From Selaginella moellendorffii (Eukaryota > Plantae > Lycopodiophyta), in the NCBI RefSeq assembly GCF_000143415.4, contig NW_003314273.1, positions 2,838,291 to 2,902,290 of the forward strand: 64,000 nt of DNA, read 5' to 3'. Below are positions 23,936-40,190 of this stretch, piece by piece (position 1 is the stretch's first letter; each line of letters opens with the position of its first letter). The translations under genes and the position numbers were made by a program. Under the pieces are notes generated by a model, which saw only the letters and a list, made by a program, of their open reading frames with translations, was not told where the DNA came from and searched no databases.

Positions 23936-26900
23936 CTATCTCCACAGCTTCACGCATTTATCGTGGCTGGCCGACGCAACCATGCCCGTCGCTGGCGACT
24001 GTGCCAAGGCCGCAATCAGGCCCTGGTGCGCAGGGATTGTCATGCTTTTGTTCTCGACCATGTTCCACAGCTCCAGAGACTGCGAGACAGCGAAACGTTT
24101 ACACAACTTTCGAAGAGATTTGTCGATTTCCCTACCTCGTAGCAGCCGATGATGAGTAGCGACGGATAGCTCGGGTGGAAGACACAGGAATGGAACTTGT
24201 TCCCGTTCGAGCACAGCTCGTGAACGCATTCTCCATCGCCACCGGAGCGGAGAGTCCAGACTCGGACTGAGTCCTCGCTGACGGAAGCCAAGTAGTCACC
24301 GTTTTGATCCCAGCATACGGAATGCACTGGCTTCGTGTGCCTCTGGAAGACGGACAGACTCGGTGGTTTGGAAAAAGCTCGTATTGGAAAAAGCTCGATT
24401 ACCTGAAGAGAATGCCTGCACGTCTCGGCATCGACATCGAAGATAGAAACTACGTTCTCGGCGGCGGCAGCAAGAAGCCTGCCATGACGCGGTTGAAACC
24501 GCATTTGAGTCACGCCACCCTGTGAAGATCGACAAAAACCAGTCAACAAAACTCTCAAAGGTAAGAGCTATTCACCTTGAAGACTTTGGTGCAGATGCCC
24601 TGGCTTACACTCCAGTACCTGATCTCGCTATCACCGTCGCACGAACACAAGAGGTCTTCGTTCGCTGGATGGAAATCTAAGGACATGACCGATGTTTGAT
24701 GGCCAGTAAAAGTGCGCAAGGAATAGCTTGGCTGCGCGAAAATGAACCAAGTCATTGCCAAGAGATACGAAGAATTTAAGAACTCACATTGTCTGCATCC
24801 CATACTCGTACAGTCTTGTCGAAGGATGATGTCGCTAACCGCGTCGAATTTGGACTAAACCGAACATCGGTTATCAAATACGAGTGTTCTTCCAATGTAC
24901 TCCGGAGTTTTAGCGTGTCCATGTTCCAGAGCACGGCCTGCATTGTAAGAGCTCAGAAAAGAAAACTCGCAAATGTGAAGCTCACCTTCTTTTCATGGCC
25001 AGCACTGGCCAATAGCTTTCCACTCGAAGAGAAATGGCAGCACACAACTTTATTTGTACTGGCACGAAGACAGCCCACCGAGTTGAACGTAAATTCTGCT
25101 ACAAATAAAACCTTCTAAAAAAAAAGAACTGCAAGACACACGAAACTCACCTTTGGACGCGTCGACATTAGGACTCGGCTTCGTACTGCTAAAGAGACCA
25201 TCTCGCGGATCGGTTTCCTCGTGAGATAAAAAGGACTCAACGTTGTCATCCAATCCATCCTCGAGCCTGTCAATATCAGCCTGGAGCAAACTATTAATAT
25301 TGAGGTCCTCGACAAAAACAGCTAAAAAGCCACAATTACCAGTTGATTAGAGGGTGACGTCAATGTACCGTGACCTTCTGATCCATACATCATCAAGGAT
25401 TTAGAAATGCTGCTACTTTGATGCATCGGGCCACCCATAGACATAACGTCCCCAGGTGTATGAGTTGATGGTGTAGAAGGCGAGTTTGGAGATCGACCTG
25501 CGGTGTTTCCAGTTCCAGTGCTATTAGCCGGGCCAGAGGACGATGCCGGTTGCTTTCTCTTTCTTCCACTTTGGCTCCGAGTTCCAGTCTAAAATATATT
25601 GTGTGAGATATCCATATAAAATACAATCACAAAATCAGTACAAACCTTCGCTGTACCGGTGCTGTTGTTACTGCGGCTCGGTTCAATTGAACCATAGATT
25701 TGTATGGCTGCATCAGCTCCAGTTTGCTGCGGCTGCTGTGGAGTAGCTTGTTGAGGATTATTTTGCTGCATATTTAACTTACTGTTCTGCTGCTGCATTA
25801 CCTTCATCTGAAAAAGAACACAACAAAAAGAAAGAAAAAATGAGCGAAACGGTTAGTACACACTAGTTCTCAAAAGCGAATAAAATCAAGACCGGACCGT
25901 GCTAGTTAGACATCGTCTCAGGCATCTCTAAGGGGATTACCATATAAAAGACGAAACTATCTCATCGTACTCTCCGGCATCTGCAAAAGGACAACTCAGG
26001 AGACTCAACCGGGTATTTTTCGCATAGCAATCATCATCAGTTAGCGTGTAAGTGTCGGTGTTAGTAGTTACAAACCTTCATTAGAAGCTCCTGGTCTTGA
26101 GATGTTGCACGCGACAGAGGTGATGCAGCTTGCAAGGGAGAACCAATAACCGCGGCTGCTGGATCGTTGAAAACATTCGCTTGTCCTTCTTTTCCATTCC
26201 TGTTGTTGAGTAGCATTTTGAACCGCCGAGGATCTACATCAGCTAGTGCTGATGAGGGAATGCTGCCTTGAGGCTGAGCCTGAAAAAGTAGCTGCTGTTG
26301 ATGAGGAGTCAATGCATGTAATTGCTGGTAAGCGTGTGAGGACGACTGTAGAAATGGTTTCTGCTGCTGGATCAAGCGTTGATCCATGCCCTGCTACGAG
26401 AAAAAGCATTAATAAATTGCGACGAAAATAGAAACAGAAAACCACTTACAGCCAAAGACGGCCAGCTCTTCTGTACAAGTAAATTTGAGGATTGATTTGT
26501 GTTCGCGCCTGGTGCTAATATACCGCCTTTCATATTGAATAATGCGGGATCAGTTGCTGGTGATCTTTGATTTAATAAATGAACATCACTTTTATTATCC
26601 TGCATTATAGAAAAGATTTGTAGAACCTGTAGAACAAAAGAACCATGGAGTAAATACCTGAAGTGCTTGTTGCTGACGAGCCTGAATGCCAGCTGACCTG
26701 CGCAAGAGAAGTAAATAAAAGTTAAAGGTCGTAAAGAAAATGCAACATCATCCTACACACCCTGGAGGAGCAACTGAAGGCTTGATATCTGGGTTTGGAT
26801 CCAGTGACGTATCTCCATACCTCTGCCAAAACAAAGAAATAAATTCAGCCTTAAGATAGAAACAAACGTCTGCTAGCACACCTTCAAAGATGGCTCATCT

Positions 26901-27642
26901 TGCTTGAGCTTCTCCTCGTAGAGCTTTGCAGCCATAACATTAGCCGTCGGCGTGGCTTGACGAAGAAGAGCTTCCGAAGGACTGCTCATCAATGGCCTTT
27001 GCTGCTGTTGAGCTTGCTGCTGCTGATGATGCTGCTGTTGGTGCTGTTGAGCTTGCTGCTGCTGTTGTTGCTGCTGCTGCTGCTGCTGCCTGAGAAGCTG
27101 CATTTGATGGAGAGTTTGAGGCTGTTGTTGCTCGCGAGCTTTCAGTTTCTGGGTCTAAAAGACATTCACTATATCAGCTCCTCGAGAACAAAGGAAAAAA
27201 AAAAACAAAAAGAGGGTTTGATCCAACCTCGATGTAAGCCGCTGCCACCTCCGAGTGCTTCTCATTCGTGCGAGCAATGAAGATATCCCAAAACACGGAC
27301 CACCACTCGAACAAAAATCCCCCGGGTGCATCGATAGCTACAAAGTTCCAAAGAAAAAAGGATCACTCGTGACTCCACCAAATCAATCGAGATGACAAAC
27401 TTACCGACGGGATCGGACGACACTTTTCCTTCCGTGAAAAAAGCCTTTGCCGAGTTCTGCAAGTTCCTCTTCGTGAGATAATCATGGATGTACACGTCCA
27501 GCCTAAAATCCAAGCGTAAGAAACACGATCATCGATCATTTCATCAAGAACCCAGATCACGATAGCGCGAGCTGGAACCACCGGCATTAGCGGCAGCAGC
27601 AGTAACTTACATCTTATCCGCCTCCCAGTTGCTCTGCGCCAT
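23936..27642 (-). CDS. LUG: LEUNIG/LEUNIG_HOMOLOG Gro/Tup1 corepressor (LisH/LUFS, poly-Q, WD40)
   Basis: [11 protein letters not shown]|[29 protein letters not shown]-rich tract at about 27000-27090, GRKRKQP...[13 protein letters not shown]40 repeats ending [12 protein letters not shown]. Confidence 0.95.
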
Positions 27643-27796
27643 GGCTTCTGGCACCGAATTGGCGCACGAGCAAGGCGCCGATCGATCAGAAGCTACTGTC
27701 GCCAAATGCCAGCCGAAATTTCGCCAGCGCCTACCCTAGCTAGTGCGAGAATGCCGCGCGCCCTCGTCCGCCATAGCCGCGAGCTCACTCACTCTC

Positions 27797-27903
27797 NNNN
27801 NNNNNNNNNNNNNNNNNNNNNNNNNNNNNNNNNNNNNNNNNNNNNNNNNNNNNNNNNNNNNNNNNNNNNNNNNNNNNNNNNNNNNNNNNNNNNNNNNNNN
27901 NNN
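27797..27903. other. Assembly gap
   Basis: Run of N. Confidence 1.
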
Positions 27904-28154
27904 TTAACCGACAGCTGGAAGCATAACCAATTGTAAATTTCCACGTGGACAGGACAGAATGTACTTGGAATGTTCTTGGGCCACGTTAAACCCAAAACCT
28001 TCCCCGGCACGCATATTCGCAATCTTCGTACACATCTTATTTATCAAAAATTTGGCCTAAGACAGGACATGAATCTTCCAAAATAATATCTTCTTTGTGT
28101 CGTTCACTTCTTTGTAAGATTTCTTGTGTCTCGACCATAAAAATCATGTTTTCT

Positions 28155-30728
<2,574 letters not shown>

Positions 30729-31275
30729 CGCGAAAGCTTTTAAACCCTAGCCAAGCCCCCCCTAGGGTTTGCCGGCCACCAGGTTGCTTCGTTGCCACCT
30801 TCCTCAATGGCCACCACATTGGTCAAAGTCATACGCCTCCATTTCTTTGACCGGACCGGCTCATCACGTCCATAGAGATTTCCTTGACAACCATCTCAAC
30901 CCTACAAAAATTTGATCATCACATATGCCCTGTCTGGGCATATCCCAGTCCACTTATAGTGGCGGCCAAGCCATGGACACAGTAAAAATCAAAAGAAATC
31001 GTTGAATAGCGATAGAAGACGCGAAAGACTCGCTCCAATCGAAGCGTTGAAAGAAGCGCTACTACATTGACAATGCTGCACACGAAAGCGTTACAGTGAC
31101 ATTACTTCTTTGTGTCGAAAAAATCGCTCCACGAAAGCGTCGAAACACCACCATAGACAATACTTTCCTCGAGCTTTAAAGATTTCTGGCACTGTTCTCA
31201 AAGACTTCCAAGAAGAGTTACTTAGAAGAACTAAGGAAGCTACTTACAGGAAGTGCTATAGCGTTTAGCATTTTG

Positions 31276-32826
31276 TCAAGCCGATGGCTGAAAGAGCTGC
31301 TGCGGTGCCTCGTGTGATTCTGAGAAGCTGTGCCTCAACGTATGTCCGCGGTCCTGTCTCGTGTCCATGAGGTTCTTGATCGAAGTAGCACACTTCCAGG
31401 CAAGAACATCGGAGTTGCACTCCGTGGCTACAGACAAGAGTTTAATCCAGTTATCTGCAAAAAACAAGCGAAAAAACAAAATAACGAAACCAATCAATGA
31501 ACGAAAACATCGTACCAGGAGTGGCGACTATGGCAGCTTCAGACCGCAACTTAAGTACATCGACACCATACTGAAAGAAAAACAAAAGCACAGAAGAACT
31601 GTCAATCGATCGGTTACTAGATAGTGTAATTACCTTGTGAGCAGCCACGAACAGATCAATACCTCGCTGCTCTATCAAGGATGCATCCAAATGACCCGTG
31701 TAAAGGAACTCGACCATCGCTTTCACAATGTTGAAGGATGCATCTTTCATGTCGATCCTGGAGGAGTTGCTTTCGATGTTAAGTTTCAATATCTGGAAGA
31801 TAAAACAGCGATATTAGCTCTGTGAAGCTTCAGTTCATCACCAGGAGCTCACCTTGGATGCGCCAGACAAAAGAAGTTTTAATGCTTCGATATGCCTCCC
31901 TTCTGCCCAAAGCTCGATCGTCTCATGTTTTCCGCTATGAAACACGCTCTTCCAGTTTTTTTGTATGATTTCTGGAATGGCGTTCTCATGAACCGTAGGT
32001 TCTTTCACATTGTTAGCAACGTAGTGTCTAATGGTTGCTTCCGCCAGTAGCTTGAGCATCGAGTCCCAGTGACGATACTCCCATCCTACGTAAAAGTCAG
32101 TCCAAACCATAAACAAAGTGAATCCATCCATACCTTTCAGATAGAGCGACGACTTGAGCTCCACGCGACCAACAATGGTGGTTTTTGATGAAAATCTACT
32201 TTCCTTGTTTCCAAAACACCTGTGTGCTTGACGTCGTGACGGATGATGGAAATCCGATGGGTGGCTGGAGTACCAGCAGCCTTGGCACAAACACTCGCTC
32301 CATGCTTGATAAGAAGGTCGACCATTTCCAAGTTCCGAGATTGCTCGTATTTGTACACTGCTAGATGCAATGCAGTCATTCCCTGGACAATCCAATCCAA
32401 GTTGCGATGAACAGGAGGAACAAACAAAAAAACAGTGAAAGAAAATCTCACATCATCATTGTAGGCATTGACATCCAGCTTCCTGTTCTTAAGCAACCCT
32501 TCCAAGGCCGTGACATTCCCATCCTCTACGCAGCGAAAGAATGTGGCTTGATCCAGCCGCAGATCATGCCCTGCATCATCCGACAGTCCTACAACTTCTA
32601 CCGAGGGCTTCACCTGATCAAGACGAGGACTCGCAGCGCTGGCGCTCAATCTTGGGGAAGAAGCCGCCGCCCCAGCCGATAGCAAAGATTCTTTCCCAAG
32701 CGACCCCGACAAATCCACGGACTCCAAAGATTCCAGCTTCGGCGGGAGCTCCTGAGGATCCGCGATCGGTAGCGCTTGATCTCCTTCCAAGAGCCTTGGC
32801 ACCGGCTCCAGGCGCTCGTCCGCCAT
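31276..32826 (-). CDS. Ankyrin-repeat plus BTB/POZ protein; apparent 1-nt frameshift near 32163
   Basis: LDVNAYNDD|GMTALHLAV...EMVDLLIKHGA (ANK). IEALKLLLSGAS, AMVEFLYTG and DLFVAAHK|YGVDVLK (BTB). Confidence 0.8.
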
Positions 32827-33342
32827 TGCCACGCCGTACAGCGAAGCCCTCGCGGTGTCAAACAAATATGAAATGTAGGAAAGGCCAAGGGTTTATGCTA
32901 GACATTCCGTAACGTAAATCTTTCGATCCAACGGCCATCGGGCAGCCAATCCGACGGTTAATACGAGGGATATTCTGCTTTTAGTGGATGGAATGTATTT
33001 CAAACGTTGACAAAGATGTGTCCGTACAGGCTTCGCTCAAATTATGTTCCATTTTAGGGTCTTTCTTTCGTGTGATTCCCCCGCATTGAGATGCTTCAAG
33101 AAGGGCGGCGATGGCGATCACTGGCGCCGGGAGTGAAGCCGGGCGAGCGATCGATCTGGTATGTGCTCCCTCGGATCTTTCTCCGGCAAATTTAATTCCC
33201 TCTCTCCAGGTTCTTGGAGCATCTGAGAGGGATATTTTAGGCGATTTCCGCCGCGTTAGCTGCTTCTTAGGCGACGAGACGATGAATTCTTGGAGGATTC
33301 TTTAGTTCTTCTTTGGCAATCTTGCAGGTTTTGGTAGCAAAG

Positions 33343-35698
33343 ATGAGCACGGCAGTGCATGGCACCAACAAGAACCCTCCTAAGCGCGGGCCTTCTCTCT
33401 CGAGAAAAAAGACGCCATCGGAGAATGGCGGCAGCGCTCTGCAAAAATCGCGCAGTGGCAGTGGCGGGATGATCTCGTGAGTTCGTTATTTTTTCTTTCT
33501 TATCCACTTTCCCGACACTAAACTTGTTTTTAAAGATCGGGTGGGACAGCGGAACGCACAGTGAAAAAGCTGAGACTTTCCAAGGCCTTGACTGTTCCCG
33601 ATGGAACATCGGTCGCGGATGCATGCAAGCGAATGGCGAATCGCAGGGTTGACGCTGCTTTGCTTACGAATTCGAGTGCTCTTCTTTGTGGAATCATCAC
33701 TGATAAGGTAACGCTAGATAAATAACTTTAGCTTGTATTCCTAGCTTTCGAACTTGTGTGTTTAGGACGTCGCAACTCGAGTGATTGCTGAAGGCTTGAG
33801 ACCCGAAGATACCCCCGTTTCGAAAGTGATGACACGGAATCCTACCTTTGTTATGAGCGATTCTTTGGCGGTGGACGCACTTCAAAAAATGGTTCAGGGT
33901 ATGTTGATTTGCTGTTTCATCCTTGTATCTGATCTAGAGATATCGGTTGTTTTACAGGAAAGTTCAGACACTTGCCTGTCGTAGACAATGGCGAGGTGAT
34001 TGCACTTTTAGACATCACGAAGTGCCTGTATGACGCTATAGTGCGCATGGAGCGGTCTGCATTGAAGGGCAACGCGATTGCAGCAGCTGTGGAGGACGTT
34101 GAACGTCAATGGGGAAACACGTTTTCTGGTAAGAAATGTCCCAGCATAAACAGAGTTCTAATTGAAATATTCTTGCAGGGCAGTCAAATTTCGTTGAGAC
34201 ATTGAAAGAGAGAATGTTTAGGCCGACGTTAGGAACACTAGTTAATGAGAATACGAAGTAAGACAACTAGTTGTTAGCGAGATTACTTTTAACGCATCTA
34301 CCTTTTCAGAGTAGCCACTGTTGCGCCCGGTGATAGCGTTTTTACTGCGACAAAGAAGATGCGTGAATTGAAGGTTAACTCCGTAGTAGTAACTGTTGGA
34401 AACAAGCCTGTGGGTATTCTCACGTAAGTCAGCCTTTTTTCATACTTTTTCCTCATCAATAATTCGAGCAGATCCAAGGACGTGTTAATGCGAGTAGTTG
34501 CAGTTGGTGTTGCTGCTGATATACCAGTTGAAAAGGTACAGGCATCGAGATTGCAGTTGAAAGCTTACTACTTTTGTAATGTCTGTTTTCTGCCAGATTA
34601 TGACGACAAATCCAGAATGTGCAAACTTGGAAATGACGATAGTGGATGCCCTCCATACTATGCACGATGGCAAATTTCTCCATTTGCCAGTGATAAATAA
34701 AGGTTGGCTTGGTGCTTCAGCTTTCTGTTTTCTTATCGTCTTTTGTTTTCAGATGGTCATGTTGTATCTTGTGTTGACGTTCTTCATATTACGCATTCAG
34801 CTTTCGCAACGGTCAGTTTTGAAGTAAAGCGTTTACGAAAAACTTCATATCGTGTTGTTTGGTCTTTAGGTTGGCTCTACTCCAGGACCAGGGGATGGAG
34901 GAATGATGCAAAAATTCTGGGATTCGGCTTTTGGACTAGAACAGTCTACCGAAGACGACGACGATTCCAGAAGGTAAAACTCTGAATTTGCTACTTTTTT
35001 GACTTAACATGCTTGCGGCCAGTGATGTTTCAGCTAGACTCCATCTTCATGCTGAGGGAGGAAAGGGTTCAGCAAACACATTTTCATTTAAGCTAGAAGA
35101 CAAGAAGGGCCGAGTCCATCGGTTCCAATGCGGCGAGTGATTTTTCTTCTTTTCTTGTTTTTATTTTGCAATTCGTGACTGAGGGCTATTTTTCAGGCTC
35201 TGAAACTCTAGTCGATTTGGTCGCCGTCATAAAGAACCGAGTGGGGATAGATGTTCCACAAATACTGGTATTTATCATTTACATTTTCTGTGCGACGCTT
35301 TGTTTACTTTTGGTGGGGCTTCGTATATATCCTTCCAGTACGAAGACGACGAAGGGGATAGGGTTTTACTCGCTACGGACAGCGATCTTGTAGATGCACT
35401 GCGATTTGCTAAAGTCTCCGGCTCGAAGGTAATGCGTTTGAACCTTACCTGCAATCTTAAAAACCTATTAAATCTTCATTTGCAGGGCTTGCGGTTGTTC
35501 CTGGACGAGTCGACCGAGAGCCCCTCTGCCGTAACAAAAAAGAAAACTCCCAGACCAGCTGGTGGGGTACCATCGTCCTTCGACTTTGCATTCAAAGAGA
35601 GCTGGCCTGCGTCTACGACGACGGCAACTATTGCTGCGGGTGCAGCTATGGTGGTTGGATTCAGTCTCCTGGCATACCTGAGAAGGTCCAACCCGTAA
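33343..35698 (+). CDS. CBS-CBS-PB1 domain protein with C-terminal transmembrane anchor (CBSCBSPB family)
   Basis: ERTVKKLRLSKALTVP, KMVQGKFRHLPVV, LHTMHDGKFLHLPV, PB1 FKLEDKKGRVHRF/YEDDEGDRVLLATDSDL, hydrophobic tail. GC-AG intron at 35133-35196. Confidence 0.93.
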
Positions 35699-36969
35699 GT
35701 AGCATCAGAAAAACATCGAATAAGTTGATCAACTTCTTCCTCTTCGCATAAAAAGCTCTAAAGGAAGGCTGGGGGGGCAACGTAAAGGTTAGCTGTGCCA
35801 TAGAACTTTGTAGTTCTGACCGAGTTTTTCTTGCGGCTTGTGGTGCAGAGAAGCTCTGCTCACGAAAACGAAGTCGTTGATATCACACCTCAAACCGAAG
35901 CAACGGCAGCGCATAAGATTTGTTTGGCTGTCCGATGATAAGTTCCCTTAACTTACATGCTTTGGATTCACTACTCTGTCGTCAGATGATATGGAATTCA
36001 AAGCTGTGGCAGAAAGAACACTCGAGAAAAGGAGGCGTTGGTGGAAATCTGATGAAGAACAAGCCAACTTTCTTTCTGGTGTCCGAATTCCAGGAAGCGT
36101 AGAGCTCGCAGAGCGCGAAAGTTTGGATAGATCAACAATGCCAACCGCATTACGAGGGGCGTACGTATTTTCATACGTTTGAGACGAGCGTCACAGCTGG
36201 CCCCCTGGCCAGAATAGCGAGGCGCCAAAAAAGTATAAAATGAAAGGGAGGTCGCACAAATCAATGCGCTATGGCATCTTCCTTGCTCGCCACCCGGATA
36301 AAGGATGAAGAGATTCCGGAATCTCTTCATTTCGAAACGGGCGAGGAGATGGAGCGCTGGGATTCGCACTACGCTGCCATGATTGCCAGATCTTTCCCAT
36401 GCTACGTAGAATTGGCCACGAGATGGACGGCCGGGATTTGGTAGGCGCTCACTATGATTGCCAGGTTATTCCAAGCATTGGGAAATTTTCTCCCCTACCT
36501 GGCACAACGAGAAATGGTGGTAGGTGAAACCTTGTGTGAGACAAAGCTTCACCTAAACCATTTAAACCGGGCAATGTGACTTTTCTTTACTTTTCACCGC
36601 AGTGAAAAAGAGAATTATCCGCCAGGGTTTATGTTAATGTGATCCCTACTTCCAGTTCTTTGGCTTGTTTTGCTGCGCCTTGGCGGAGGCGGCAACGAGG
36701 CGATCGCTCGATGGATAATCGCTGATCTGCCAGTGTCGCGGTGAAATTTCCGGCTCTCGTTTGCTAGCGCCTCGATTCCAGGTGATTTTGGAGCTCCGGT
36801 TTGGTTCTTGGGAGTTATTTTCGATGATGAATCCATCGCTCTCCCTGGATTTCGTGAAATTCATGGATTCTCTCTCTCTCTTTCCCTGGATTTCTCGCTG
36901 TGCGGATGGTCGTTTCCCCTTTGCCTGGCTGATTTCTCGATTTTTCTTTGGCGGTCCAGGGGAAGAGAA

Positions 36970-39836
36970 ATGGGAATCAAATGGCTCGAGTACACACCAG
37001 TGGAGCGAATGAGCACGAAAGAAGATAGCGATGTCGAATATCTATACGTGGAAGTTAAAGGTGAGGATAGTTTCCATGAAATTTCTTTTATAAAAGTGCT
37101 TGATTGGCCTGGATTTTGTCGACCACCGTGTGAACCAGCTCCACGCATGGCCGGCTTGACTCTCAAATGCTTTACCTGGATGATGGAGTCCACTATTGGA
37201 ACTTTTTTTCTAAAACCAAAGCTTAAGAGGGACAATCTTATCACAAAGGTTAGTGATCATAGTTTGTCTTGCTCAATGTGTTGACATTGTTTATGGCAGA
37301 CATTTGTGCAATCCCGGTATGATGAGCCTCCCATGTTTCAGCCTCATTTCTCATTGCCAGGTAGTTTTTTTGTGAGATCATATAACCTGAATTGGTATTT
37401 AGATAGAGCATTTACTTTACAGAACCGGAGGATGGTGTGCTGACGCTTGACTCGAGTCTTTCGGTTCCTGGTAGAGTTTCCCGCTCGTTGGACTGCCTTG
37501 GTAGCCTTCACGAAAGGAAAGCCGGGGATGGAGCATATGTGTTTCGGCACTGGACTATCCGGGACTATACACACGCTTATAAGTCTGGCCGCATTACGCC
37601 AACACAGGTGATATTGGTTTTTTTAGTTTAAGCACTGCATTGGATTTAGCGCTCATGCGATTGATCATGCAGGTGGCAGAGAGATTTCTCTCTGCGGTCG
37701 ACGAGTCTATAAAAGGACAACCAGGAATGAGTATCTTTATCGCATATAATCCTCGAGATATACTTCGCCAAGCAGAAGAGTCCACTTCCCGATACAAGCA
37801 AGGTACAAGTTTGTTTTTCTCCACGATTACTTTCTAAATCTTTGACATGAAGGGAAACCTTTGTCTGTTCTCGACGGAGTTCCAATTGCTGTGAAAGACG
37901 AGCTTGATTGTCTGCCATACGACACCACCGGTATATTTTAATTTAGCGTTAGTAGTCACTTTATAAACGTTTCGCTCATTTCAGGCGGCACGAAATGGAT
38001 GAGTAAAGTGAGAGATGTCAAAGAAGATGCAGCATGCGTATCGAAATTGAGGGCGTGTGGAGCGATGCTTGTCGGAAAAACCAATATGCATGAGCTCGGG
38101 CAAGGCACTACTGGCATCAATCCTCACTATGGGTATCACATTTATATACAAAACGTATTTTCGACTCATGACCGTGTTTGACAGGGCAACACGAAATCCT
38201 TATAACAAAGCAAAAGCGTCTGGGGGATCATCTGGAGGTTCAGCTGCTGCAGTGGCTTGTGGACTCTGTCCTGCTGCATTAGGAGTCGATGGCGGAGGTA
38301 ATGTCCAGCCACGAGACTTCAAGCTCATGTCTCGTTTACAGGCTCTGTGCGCATGCCGGCAGCACTCTGCGGGATTGTTGGATTGAAAGGCACATTCGGG
38401 CGTATCTCGTCTCATGGGTATGTCTTTTAATTTCTTCTCTTCACGTAGATGTTTACGATTTAGAGCAGGGTGCTTCCTCTAAACTGGACAGTTGGAAGCG
38501 TTGGGGTATTGGCAGCAACGGTCGAGGACACGCTTATAATGTATTCGATTTAAATTATCAGTTTTCTCTTTTCTCATAAAACTACTGTAGGTATGCAGCT
38601 GTTCATGGCCATCTTTCTAGCGACCGCATTGTTTCAATACCTGTAAGATGCCACTGAACTTTTTTATTACCTTCACATTGTCAACAACAAGTCTGTCCTT
38701 ATTGCAGCCTCAGGTCACTCTGCCACAGTTGAACCGTATCGAGAACGAGGCTATTGGCAGTTTAAAACTTGCAAAATACACCGAGGTTATCAAGGCTATG
38801 AGGCCTGTAGTGTTTGCTGACGATCTGCTTTTCATCCAGTGGTTTGATGATTCGGATCCTGATGTGAAGGACCGATGTTATGCAGCCTTGAGTAAACTAC
38901 AGAAACGATATGGTTGCAAGGTGAGCGTGATTTTTTCCTGTTTACTATCAGCTGAATGGTGTAATTTTGAACAGACGGTTGAGGTCACTATACCAGAATT
39001 GGAGGAGATGCGTTTAGCACATTTTGTCACAATCGGCTGCGAGTGTTACAGCTCCATTGGAATCCAATATGAAAACGTGTAAGAACGTATACTGTGGATC
39101 GAGAACTAAGTGCTTTTTTTGCAGAGGTGTAACCGCTACTGGTGCGGATATCCGAGTTGGATTTTCTCTGTATAAATCCTTTACGAACACCGAATATCTT
39201 TCAGCGCAACGCATGAGGCAAGCCTTGAAATCTCTTTTTGTAAATAACTGGCACTGGCTTTACACAACAGGTATCGCCAAATGTACTACCATATGCAGAT
39301 ATTTAAGAACGCAGATGTGATCGTAACTCCTACCACAGCGTGAGCTTGTTAGAACCTTGGTTGCATACTCTGATGCCTTGATCCACAGGGCAACAGCACC
39401 GTCTATTTCGTTGGACGCTCTTGAATGTGGAGAACTCAACTATGTCTATGGAGGTAGCCGTCTTGAGTTTTGCTAATGTTCCAGCGATTTGTTTCAACGT
39501 GAATCATTGCAGCTAAACTCATGCGGTACCAGATTGCTGGGAACTTCATCGGACTCCCCGCGATATCCGTGCCGGTAAACCACATGAACAAACTCCATCT
39601 CTAGCTAGCTCAATCTTTGGAGTTACCAGGTTGGATTTGACCAGGCGGGCATGCCGATTGGCATCCAACTTATCGGGAAACCATGGTCGGAAGCTACGCT
39701 GCTCAGGCTTGCATACGTGATTGAGGTGAGAGATCACGTTCTCCATTCACAGAGATGATAAAAGCTTTTTACTCTACAGGGCCTTTGTGCTGCTGAGAGC
39801 CGGCGGCCAGAGGTGTTGTTCGATCTCTTGCTATAA
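36970..39836 (+). CDS. FAAH: Fatty acid amide hydrolase (amidase signature)
   Basis: [76 protein letters not shown] intron at 39218-39270. Confidence 0.93.
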
Positions 39837-40190
39837 ATTGGGCGAGCTTTGTTTATGCAATGTAATTTTTAGTTTTTATCTAATTAGAGCTTAATGTTAG
39901 TACTTGGCCTCTCAAACGGTGTCACCTTTTATAAAGGGAGATTTTAAAACTTGAGGGCGGGCTTACAAAGTGTCATCAGATCATCAGAGAAGATGATCTC
40001 GATGATGTTGCGCGACGAATCGCCACGCCCCAGCTCCGACACTGAAGAACACAAAGAATTAGAATGATCGTGGAAACGGTTGATCAAAGAGAGAATATTT
40101 TGCGACCATCAAGTGGAAGAAAGGAAAATACTCCAAATTTAGACCACGGCCATATATATATATATATATCTAGGTAGAAAGTTTTTATAT

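Noticed and set aside
35991-36369. Short ORFs between CBS-PB1 and FAAH
   Set aside because: No recognisable motif or consistent exon structure.
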